A stretch of 64,000 nt of DNA from the NCBI GenBank assembly GCA_002269645.1, contig NIVC01000202.1, positions 1 to 64,000 of the forward strand, given 5' to 3'. Every line of letters starts with the position of its first letter. Position 1 is the first letter of the stretch. Shown here piece by piece: positions 1-10,791 of the stretch. This DNA is from Macrostomum lignano. Its lineage: Eukaryota. The position numbers were made by a program, and so were the translations under genes. The notes under the pieces are model-generated. The model did no database searches. It was not told the DNA's origin and saw only the letters and a program-made list of their open reading frames with translations.

Positions 1-436
1 TGGATTTGCCATTCGAGCTGTTTAGACTGCCAGAAGATTTGGTCACATCCGATTGCCCCCTGTGCGGTGGGGCGCGTGCACTCGATGATTTATGACATTA
101 GGCTAATATGATTAATTTAACAGAACCAATTGAAGTTGAGGTTTGAAGAGTTTTATTGCGATTTTTTTGTCGAGTTTTTGAAAAGAGTCACTAAATGTAT
201 AGCGAAATTAAGGATTGCCCCGGAGATACGAATAAGACATTTTGATGGGCGGTGGCAGTCTTTTGAAGATAAGACTGCCTGACTGTGTGGCAAGCCGTGC
301 TCAATCTAGGAAAGGGAGCCACAATTCTGCTACAAAACTGTTGCAAATTTTCTTACTTCCAACTGGCGCAGTTAACCGTTAAAGTCAAATTTTATAAAAC
401 TTCAAAATTTCAAGATTATTCACTGGTTTTCCAGTA

Positions 437-1210
437 CAGGGCCGGCAACTTTTTTACCTCAAAGGCCAGATAGAGAACCTAGTGCATGACTGTGAGGAGG
501 GGAGAGAGGAGAGGGAATAGAGAAGAGAGAAGAGAGATAGGAGAAAGGAGAGGAGGACTGGTCTGACCGCTACCACTCAGAAACTTCAATTTCTGCGAAG
601 TTGATGTCTACGTGGGTAAGTAGTATATTTGAAAGAATCGAATTTAAAATAGGGAAGAAACGAAATAGGAGACGAGAGAAGGAGAAAAGAGAGAGGAGAG
701 AAAGGAGACAGGAGAGTAGAGAAAGGAGAGAGGAAAGAAAGGAGAAGAGAGAGGAGAGATGAGAGAAAGGAGAAGAGAGAGGAGAGAGGAGAGAGGAGAG
801 GAGAGAGGAGAGAAAGGAGAAGAGAGAGGAGAGAGGAGAGGAGAGAGGAGAGAAAGGAGAGGAGAGAGGAGAGGAGAGAGGAGAGAAAGGAGAAGAGAGA
901 GGAGAGAGGAGAGGAGAGAGAGAGAAAGGAGAGGAGAGAGGAGAGGAGAGAGGAGAGAAAGGAGAGGAGAGAGGAGAGGAGAGAGGAGAGAAAGGAGAGA
1001 GAGAGAGGAGGAGAGGAGAGGAGAGAGGAGAAGGAGAGGAGAGAGGAGAGGAGAGAGGAGAGAGGAGAGGAGAGAGGAGAGAGAGAGACTCGGAGAGAGG
1101 AGAGAAAGGAGAAGAGAGGAGATCAGACAGAACGGAGCTGAGAAAGACACAAATCTTGAGCGGCCAGATCGCTATTGTAAAGTTCCAAAGGGCCCGAGAG
1201 CCAGATAGAG
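437..1210 (+). mobile_element. hAT/Charlie-like MITE fragment (left end) with internal GA-rich expansion
   Basis: Starts CAGGGCCGGCAACTTTTTTACCTCAAAGGCCAGATAG, resembling Charlie/MER58-type left termini. Segment 1158-1210 (gagcggccagatcgctattgtaaagttccaaagggcccgagagccagatagag) is homologous to ~30590-30642. Confidence 0.5.
500..1125. repeat. GA-rich low-complexity repeat (GGAGA/GAGAA units)
   Basis: Directly visible; it generates the spurious ORFs 644..1150 and 759..1208. Confidence 0.95.
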
Positions 1211-2298
1211 GGGTTACGCTAAGTTAAAGAAAATTCTTAATATTCAATAAGGGCCGTATTGAACATTCCAAACACCGATTCAATAAATATTGACAGAAAA
1301 TCGCAGACTCAATTGTTATTTAAAATGTGCGCTTCGATGAGGTACCGATTGTGCAAGAGCTCGTAACTCCGAATGAACCCTGTAGGTAATTTTCCTCTGC
1401 ATTTTTCTTCCCTTCGCTTTCGGTATTAAAGCATAATAGATTTACTAATACAAATCTACTGATATTTTTCGCTCCGTTTTACTTTCCATTTGACCTGTGC
1501 TAGGACCTATCAATCAGTCGTTTATCGTTTCCTCCGCACTGCAGCCCGGCAAGCAAAGAGGATCCCAGAAGCAACAGCGACCGAACCACGATGTTGCGAA
1601 ACGACGAGTCTCACGCCGGCAAGTCGGTCAGCGTCTATTCCTAGAGAGTGCGAAGTACCGACTGAATGCGAGCTTGGCTTTCCTATTAGCTGTTGTTGCT
1701 GCTGCTACATTGCTGCTCCTGCTACATCTGCGCGCTTTTTTACAGTCTCAATGCTAGTTTCTGCACGCCTATTAGCCTTCACTTCGCACCTCGCCACCCT
1801 CCTGCACCCTGTGAGGCGCTTGAAGCACTGCAGACGCAGTGCCAATAGATGTACATGAATGTTTAATCTTATAATCATGCTATTAAACTGTTGGAGGCTA
1901 TTTAGGGTGCCAGAAATGAATTTATGCAACGCAGCTCATAGGCTGCTTTTTCCCTCACCAACAGTTTCAGTCTGTAGCGGTCTGGCTGCGTCAAGTGGCT
2001 CAGTGGAGCCTTGTGGGCAATGGAACTAGAACATGTTCAATTGAGCAGCAAACATTTGTTCATTCATTCGGGCAACGAATTCGTGTGCTTACTGCCATGT
2101 ATCTATTAACCAGGAGGCGCAATCATAATTCATAACCAGTTTTTGTTCTATTTATTTCCAACTTTAGATCCCTGTTATTATATATTATTAATTTTGCAAC
2201 TTGGTGAGCAAATCTGTGTGTACATGAAAATTTGTGTATTGTCCGTTGTACCATTGTTACTGCATGTACATCGTTTTCATGTGAATCAGTTTTCATGT

Positions 2299-2567
2299 GG
2301 GGTTTGTAGCCTAGTGGTTAGAGCGTCGGACTCACGACTTGAAGGTCGGGGGTTCGATTCCTGATCCCACTGGAACAATTTGTGTCCTTGAGCAAGACAC
2401 TTAACTCTGCATTGCTTCAGTTCTCCCAGCTGTAAAATGGGTGCCAGCATTAGCTGGGGTAATTGAGGGTTTGTGTGGCGACCCCCCAGTCCTTGGACTG
2501 AACAGCCGTACGCAGCCTTCAGATGCGCCGCGCAATAGCTGCGGCAGAGCTGTCGGTTGCACATCTG
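2299..2567 (+). mobile_element. tRNA-derived SINE family 1 (CORE-like), copy 1
   Basis: Pol III A box (tagcctagtggttagagc) and B box (ggttcgattcc), followed by tgtgtccttgagcaagacacttaactctgcattgcttcagttctcccagctgtaaaatggg, which resembles the MIR/CORE domain. Four copies occur in the window. Confidence 0.9.
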
Positions 2568-3776
2568 CTTATTAAGGCAGCTGTAATCAATTATTATTAA
2601 TATTATTATGTGAATTAGCTATTTTAATTGAATGATTAGCAAAAACTCAATTCGGTATTTCGATAGCTAACTAGAGCTGGGCAACCCGTGACCTCAGTGC
2701 TCAACATTTTATAATTTTCTTTTATAGCCCTTCAAACTATGCAAGTCTGACGCCACCCAGGCGCCGGATAGAAATATTTCGTTTGATGGCCCCGTCATTG
2801 GGGTTGCCTATTGATAAGTGTCACCAGACTGTCACCCCACCCCCGCTGACCTGGGGTTACAAAGTTGATCATTTACCTATATATAAATCAGTGGCCCTGA
2901 GACCCCGAGATATGATATCAGCAATTATTTACAAGCGAAATAAACATTTTTTAATTTATTCGGACTCCGTTTTGAATGTCACAACTGGCAGGCAGGCCTT
3001 TTCACTATTAACAAGACGATTGAAACTTTCTCTCTGCCTCAACTCAAATTTGCAGCTTCTGTAGACGGTATCGCAAAATCATTTGTTTGTTGCACAATCA
3101 CATGTTGTTGGTTTGCTTACCCATTTGTTATACCCTATGATCGCTCACAATATTACTTACCCCATAAGTTTGCAGCTTTTGCTATCTACATTTGCGATGT
3201 CAATATTTTAGAAATTTATTATAGCTAAAATGAAAACGATTCTGTTTTTTTCAAACTAACAATGGTTACTTGAAGTAGACATGCCAAGTGTCTTTTGATC
3301 TTTTTTTAATTTTAGCTTTAGCTTTAGAATTAGTGTTTTCCTATTCAAGCGGCTTTTAATTAGGTACTAGCTGAAGAAACTTTAATACGAACCGGAATAA
3401 GGCTAGTGAGGACAACAAAGACGCGGCCAAGATAACACTGCATGCTTGTTGGACTTGGAGTTTCAGTCCCTGCAGAGAGAGGGGAGCAGCAGTTGACCCC
3501 AGCAAAACAAAAAAGCAGTCATTGTGATAGCAGATACGAACCTAATTTCTCGCTAGCATATTGTACTCGAATGCTGTTTGCACAGCATTATCTATATAGC
3601 CTGGACTGCACGCAGGCTAGTGGAAGTGTGTGTTTAGCAGATAAATTCAAGCCCCCTTTTTTGTCCTTATCAACCATGAATGCTTTTGGAAGTAAAATCT
3701 GCTTCAGATACTCAGAAATTGGCAGGAACTTGAATCGTGGACTCTTTTTCTGGTTCTTCTTTAGCCAAAGTTCACT

Positions 3777-5822
3777 TATCTGACACTAAATTTTCCGTAT
3801 CTGACACTAAATTTTCCGTATCTGACACTAAATTTTCCGTATCTGACACTAAATTTTCCGTATCTGACACTAAATTTTCCGTATCTGACACCAAATTTTC
3901 CGTATCTGACACCAAATTTTCCGTATCTGACACGAAATTTGACGCATCTGACACCAAATTTTCCGTATCTGACACCAAATTTTCCGTATCTGACACGAAA
4001 TTTGACGCATCTGACGCGAAATTTTCCGTATCTGACACTAAATTATCCGTATCTGACACGAAATTTTCCGTATCTGACACTAAATTATCCGTATCTGACA
4101 CCAAATTTTCCGTATCTGACGCTAAATTATCCGTATCTGACACGAAATTTTCCGTATCTGACACCAAATTATCCGTATCTGACACTAAATTATCCGTATC
4201 TGACACCAAATTTGACGCATCTGACACCAAATTTTCCGTATCTGACACCAAATTTTCCGTATCTGACACGAAATTTGACGCATCTGACGCGAAATTTTCC
4301 GTATCTGACACTAAATTATCCGTATCTGACACGAAATTTTCCGTATCTGACACTAAATTATCCGTATCTGACACGAAATTTTCCGTATCTGACGCTAAAT
4401 TATCCGTATCTGACACGAAATTTTCCGTATCTGACACCAAATTATCCGTATCTGACACTAAATTATCCGTATCTGACACCAAATTTTCCGTATCTGACAC
4501 CAAATTTTCCGTATCTGACACTAAATTATCCGTATCTGACACTAAATTTTCCGTATCTGACACCAAATTTTCCGTATCTGACACCAAATTTTCCGTATCT
4601 GACACTAAATTATCCGTATCTGACACGAAATTTTCCGTATCTGACACTAAATTATCCGTATCTGACACTAAATTTTCCGTATCTGACACTAAATTTTCCG
4701 TATCTGACACCAAATTTGACGCATCTGACACTAAATTATCCGTATCTGACACTAAATTAGACGTTAGCGAGAAATTAGGCCCGTATCTGCTATCATTAGA
4801 GGCATCTGACACCAAATTAGACGCATCTGACACCAAATTAGACGCATCTGACACCAAATTAGAGGCATCTGACACCAAATTAGACGCATCTGACACCAAA
4901 TTAGACGCATCTGACACCAAATTAGACGCATCTGACACCAAATTAGAGGCATCTGACACCAAATTAGAGGCATCTGACACCAAATTAGAGGCATCTGACA
5001 CCAAATTAGAGGCATCTGACACCAAATTAGACGCATCTGACACCAAATTAGAGGCATCTGACCCCAAATTTGATGCATCTGACACCAAATTAGACGCATC
5101 TGACACCAAATTAGACGCATCTGACACCAAATTAGACGCATCTGACACCAAATTAGACGCATCTGACACCAAATTAGACGCATCTGACACCAAATTAGAC
5201 GCATCTGACACCAAATTTGACGCATCTGACACCAAATTAGACGCATCTGACACCAAATTAGACGCATCTGACACCAAATTAGACGCATCTGACACCAAAT
5301 TTGACGCATCTGACACCAAATTAGACGCATCTGACACCAAATTTGACGCATCCGACACCAAATTAGACGCATCTGATACCAAATTAGACGCATCTGATAC
5401 CAAATTAGACGCATCTGACACCAAATTAGACGCATCTGATACCAAATTAGACGCATCTGACACCAAATTTGACACATCTAGCACCAGATTTGACGCTGAC
5501 ACCCAATTTTCCGTATCTGACACCAAATTAGACGCACCTGAAAGCAAATTTGACGCATTTGACACCAAATTAGACGCATCTGACACCAAATTTGACGCAT
5601 CTGACACCAAATTAGACGCACCTGAAAGCAAATTTGACGCATTTGACACCAAATTAGACGCATCTGACACCAAATTTGACGCATCTGACACCAAATTTGA
5701 CGCATCTGACACCAAATTAGACGCACCTGAAAGCAAATTTGACGCATTTGACACCTATTTTGCTTATAATGTGACATATCTGACACCCAATACAAAAGTC
5801 CCTGACGCCTCTGACACCATAG
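3777..5822. repeat. 21-bp minisatellite (tctgacaccaaattttccgta / tctgacaccaaattagacgca), ~97 units in two sub-arrays
   Basis: Directly visible. Unit type switches at ~4760-4800. Open frames run through on both strands (3737..5827 +, 3772..5754 -). Confidence 0.97.
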
Positions 5823-6449
5823 GCTGACGTCATATTGAGTCAACCAAGCATTTCTGACAAATTTTTTAGCCAATTTGAACGGATGAAAAGTCGCTTAAGG
5901 AGTTACTTAAGGTGCTCGCAGCGTAAGAAGGTTTTTTAAAGCGTACTTGCTAATTTTTTTAAACAATAAAAAATTTGTTTGTTCATAGTTACAGATTTCG
6001 CAGAAGCTACTTAAAGTAGGTTGTAGAGATAAAAAAACAAGCGCGCGCTAGCCAGACAAACAAACTTAGAGATGCGTTCCTCCGCTGGTGTCTGGAGTAA
6101 TAACTAAGTAAATCCGACAAATCCAATAAAAATTAAAATTGAGTACACGGATGGCAATAGAGCATGACAAACTACTCGGCTTCGTAACTCAAACCTGTCT
6201 TCACTGCGGGAACACTGCCTTCTTACAGATTGCCGAGTTCGCTTTGGGTCACAGTTCCTTCCATGTTAGAGGTATTAAAAACATGAATTTCTAAGTGAAT
6301 GGGGAGTTCAAAAATAGATTTTCCCGTGGATAAACTTTATGTGAATCATACCAGCACTACTTTTCCTCGAATAAATATTTTAATACCGGATTTCCTACCG
6401 CATATTACGGAGCAAATGAAGATGAGAGTCAAGTAAAAATGGATGAATA

Positions 6450-9325
6450 TCAACAGTCAGCGACTCCACTGTCCAGCACGAGTCTCTCCGGCACCAGCTC
6501 GATGGGCTCGTAGATGTCGTCTTCTTCGGCGCAGTCATCGGGCTGCGGCGGCGGCAGCGGGTTGGACTCGTAGTGGCGCACCAGGTCTTTGAGGTCGGGG
6601 AATGAGTTGCTGTCGCCGGCAATGCGCAGCAGCTTCTCCTCGGAAACGGACTCGACTTGGTAGGTGAACACGGCCTCGCCTGCCAGCACGTGCAGCTGGT
6701 AGGCGTCAGAATCGCTATTGGAAGTCTGTGTCACCGTCGCCGTCGGCACAGTAGAAAGTTGCGTCGGCGCCCCGGCTTCAGCTCGGGCAGCTGGCGCAGC
6801 CGGACTCGAGCGGTTTTCGCGTCGACTGGGGTCGGCTCGGACCAGCTCTGAGTCTCCTGGGAGGGATGCGGGGTTGATTGTATCCTGTAGCTCACAATCA
6901 ACCAACCAACCAACCAACAACCAACCAACCAACCAACCAACCAACCAACCAACCAACCAACCAACCAACCAACCAACCAACCAACCAACCCAACCAACCA
7001 ACCAACCAACCAACCAACCAACCAACCAACCAACCAACCAACCAACCAACCAACCAACCAACCAACCAACCAACCAACCAACCAACCAACCAACCAACCA
7101 ACCAACCAACCAACCAACCAACCAACCAACCAACCAACCAACCAACCAACCAACCAACCAACCAACCAACCAACCAACCAACCAACCAACCAACCAACCA
7201 ACCAACCAACCAACCAACCAACCAACCAACCAACCAACCAACCAACCAACCAACCAACCAACCAACCAACCAACCAACCAACCAACCAACCAACCAACCA
7301 ACCAACCAACCAACCAACCAACCAACCAACCAACCAACCAACCAACCAACGAGGCATTTGAGGTCGTAAAAAACATAATTGAAAAACATGGGAAATAAAC
7401 CTACTTGTGCAACTGGCGGCTTCTGATTCTTCTGAATAGAAGTTGCATATTGCTTGCTTCGGCGCGGTGGCGCCACGGGCCGGCAGCTGATGTGCACCTG
7501 CTGCGTATTGCTCGGACAGCAGGCTGCAGTGACGCAACGCTTGTGCAGCCACACCCTGCACCGTTCGCACCTGTGAGCCCAGCAGCCGAGCAGCTTGTTG
7601 CAGTGCTTGCAACAGTCCGGTGGCGGCCGGAAGTCCGGAGACGTAGCGGTCCGGCTAAACCAGTGGCCGTGCTGGTTGAAGCCGGCCGGGCTCCACACGC
7701 CGTGGGCGCGGCTGAACGCCTTCTGCCACACTTCTCTATCCGCCACCGAGTCGCAGCCCAGCGTGAGGGCTTCCTCGGAGGAGCCGCCGACTATTATCCG
7801 AAATGAGGCGCCTCGCTTCGACAGGGCAAAGGCCTTTCCGCCGCCGCCGCCACCGCCGCCGCCGCTGACCTCCTCGAATTTGGCATCCGGCCCGATCGGC
7901 AGGGCGTGAAGCACCTCGCCGGACTGCGACAGGACCAGGGCTCCATCCCACAGGCTGGCATGCAGGCGCTTGCCGTCCGGGCCCAGCAGCGAGCCCGAAT
8001 GGCGCAGGCGGCCCAGCTTGGTGGGACCTTTGGTAGCCCAAAACAGCAACCGCGGAGGCCAGTTGAGCTTGTCGAACTCCGCGCAGCTCGGCTCCAGGTG
8101 CCTTGAGTTGGGGAAAAATAGTGAAAAATAGGGACTTACTGCTAACTAAATGCGAATGTACGCATATTTTTTAGTCAAAGTGAATTCTTACTTTTTCGCA
8201 TTGCCAAGGCAGTGATTGACTCGCTCTTCCACCCGCTTCAGCAGCTCCAAAGACGCCTGGAGTCGCTGCCTTGCTTCATTGGTTTCCTTCACTGGTTCCA
8301 TGGCCTTCTCAACCGCGGCCATCAGCCTGCGCAGGTGATTCTTCGGCATCTGCTGCAAATCCATGGCGCACTTTGCCGCCGACTCAACCGCTTGCGGCAG
8401 CTTTCTCACGGCGAGAGTCACCTGATCCAAGCAGCTCTTGTTTAGCTCTTTCAGTTTCCTGTTGCCGACGAGAATCATATTCCACCAGAGTCCGGAGTAC
8501 AGCTTCACCAGCTGCGCTTCCCGCTTCACAAGCGCCTCGTCCAGCTGTTCCTCGTTGCTGCGAAGGCTGGCGCGAAGGCTCGCTAAAATTTCAAGCGAGT
8601 CGGGCGAACGGCCGAACAGGGCGTCAACAGCGTCGGCTGGCCACACGCTGAGCGGCGACTCGCGCAGCTGTCGCGCCAGAGTGCAGCTCGCGCGGAAGAA
8701 GACGATGAGCTCGTCGAGCACGTCGAGTACCGGAGCGTCCCAGCGCACTGAGGAGTAGTCGTCAAGTGTCGAGTAGTTCTCTTCGTCAACGCTTAAGGCG
8801 ACGTCGTCAATAGAAGCGGGAAGAAAGGCGTCGTTGGCGAAACCGGCAGCAGCCACCGAGTCCGACTGGCTGAGCGCCTGCAGGCAGCGCAGCACCCGCT
8901 CGGGTTGCCAGCACCGCCCGGCTGAGGCAGCAGGTCGCTCGGCTGGAACAGGTACTCATCCGGCAGGTGGAACTCCGTCCGGCAGCTCTCCAGGAACTCG
9001 GACACGCGTCGCTGGACAGCCTCTTCGCCGTCGTCGTCGTTGTCGTTCCCGTCTCGATCTACGCCGCTGTCAGCGTCTGTCTCGACTTCGTAGCCGTCCG
9101 AGAGCAGGCTGCTGATGCGCCGCGATCGCAGCAGTCTCCGTTGAAGCCGGCGCAGAAGGCGTCCATCAGCCAGGGTGGCGGTCAGGTCCTCCGGCTTCAG
9201 GCTGTCCAGCAGCAGCAGGCGACTTCGCAGCGGTCAACGGCCTCGGCGGTGAGGCTGGCGGTGGATGGCCTGAGGGCGGTGCCAAGCCAGCGAGCGCAGA
9301 TGAAGACACTTGATTTGTGGGACAT
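6450..9325 (-). CDS. Divergent Vav-like Rho GEF (CH-acidic-DH-PH-C1-degenerate SH2); two apparent 1-bp frameshifts in exon 1
   Basis: Exons 9325-8192, 8101-7405 and 6884-6450 with GT-AG junctions that keep phase. CH: CARWLG...[14 protein letters not shown]...[23 protein letters not shown]. Acidic Tyr region [12 protein letters not shown]: [14 protein letters not shown]...[11 protein letters not shown] ends [12 protein letters not shown]1: HWF...[28 protein letters not shown]2 C-half: YQLHV...[16 protein letters not shown]. Frameshifts near 9232 and 8903. A possible extra upstream exon (ATG 9519 to donor 9393, acceptor 9331) splices in frame. Confidence 0.8.
6899..7350. repeat. (CCAA)n microsatellite in Vav-like intron 2
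   Basis: Directly visible; it explains the GWLV/TNQP ORFs. Confidence 0.98.
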
Positions 9326-9954
9326 TGTAGCTGCTTATTCCGATTCCGAATAGTGCCAACGGGTTGGTGCCTCGTTAGTACCGTTTTTTTACCTCGGCAG
9401 AAGTTTGTTTCTAATATTTGAGCTTCTCTTTCTGCCTTTCCTTTTCCGAGCTGTTGAGTTATAAAATACCCTGGCTGAGCGAATCTGCTCCTTCCTTTCT
9501 CTTCTTGCCCCTCCACCATCTGCCTCAATGCCGCACTTTCTACCCCCTGTTCACAATGGCGGTAGGCGCAGGAAAATATTTTTGCAAACTTCGCATTAAA
9601 GAGGACTGACTCAGGGCTATGAATAGTAAACGCCAAACGAAGTAAAATAAGGTAGTCCACTCGAGGCTGCTTGTCCACGCGTGTTTCTCTCTATTTTGGG
9701 TGTCTTTCTAACCCCAAAATATACTCAAGCAAGCTGATGTTAGCGGCTTTAGTATCCAGGAGCTTAGTATAGTAAACAGGATGCGAGCTGTCTAATATAC
9801 AGTAGCTCGCCGCATTGTGATAGCTAGATGCTTGTTTATTACAATGCGCTAGCTTGATATCCAATGCGCCCAGGGAGTCGTATGAGATGTTTTAGCTGTG
9901 ACAGCTATTGATTCAAAGCTTTTTGTTTCCAAACCGAGATTCTAGCGTAGCAAC

Positions 9955-10232
9955 GGAGTGTTGTAGCCTAGTGGTTGGAGCGTCGGACTCGTACGACTTG
10001 AAGGTCGGGGGTTCGATTCCCGATCCCACTCGGAACAATTTGTGTCCTTGAGCTAGACACTTAACTCTGCATTGCTTCAGTTCACCCAGCTGTAAAACGG
10101 GTGCCTGAAATCTGAAAGCTGGGGTAATTGAGGGTTTGTGTGGCGACCCCCCAGTCCTTGGAGTGAACAGCCGTACGCAGCCTTCAGATGCGCCGCGCAA
10201 TAGCTGCGGCTGAGCTGTCGGTTGCACATCTG
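9955..10232 (+). mobile_element. SINE family 1, copy 2
   Basis: Near-colinear with 2299-2567, including the A/B boxes, CORE-like segment and 3' tail. Confidence 0.9.
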
Positions 10233-10791
10233 GCCCAAAATATTGCAGTGTATAACAATCTCTTCAGCTAACAGACAGACAGAATCAACTTTAAAATGAA
10301 TTTTTAAGCTGAAGCGCCACAATTTAATACATATTTTATGTCACTGATAATCGGTTACGGTACAAGCTTTTTGTGTACTTTTGTCGAGTGCAAAAGCTTG
10401 AAAAATGGGGGGGAGGCGTGGTGCTCAAGTGCAACGGCGGAATGCGGCAGGTTCAAAGGGAATATTAAGAAGCGGTTACAGGTAGCCACGGCAGCTCGTA
10501 CACGCAGTGACAAAAAACAGTTATATAATAGTTCGACAAGATACAAAAGTACATAGAATTGTGATGGAGCAATCCCTATATAAATCGATCACGATTGACG
10601 GGAGTAATACGGAAATGTGTTTGAAATACGCTTTGCCAACAACGTTGCCTTAAGCTTTGCATAACTGGGAAACCTAATTTTGATAACTAAAATACAAAAT
10701 CAAGAAGCAATTACAACATCTTACACAATTACATGCAAATTTTTTAGGAATTTGAAGTCAGTGCATCTATTTGGAGGGCTGCTCCTTCGAA

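Noticed and set aside
1490-1858. Small ORFs (possible TM protein or Tc1 HTH remnant)
   Set aside because: No ATG start and no recognisable family motif beyond a hydrophobic stretch; cannot be supported without a search or expression data.
2299-2365. tRNA gene
   Set aside because: The tRNA-like head lacks a proper acceptor stem and continues into a SINE body found four times in the window; the same applies to the heads at 9955, 12314, 25174, 41257 and 42205.
6450-8049. Long ORFs with GWLV/TNQP repeats as single proteins
   Set aside because: They are read-through of the (CCAA)n intron; the real exons are delimited by GT-AG sites at 7404 and 6885.
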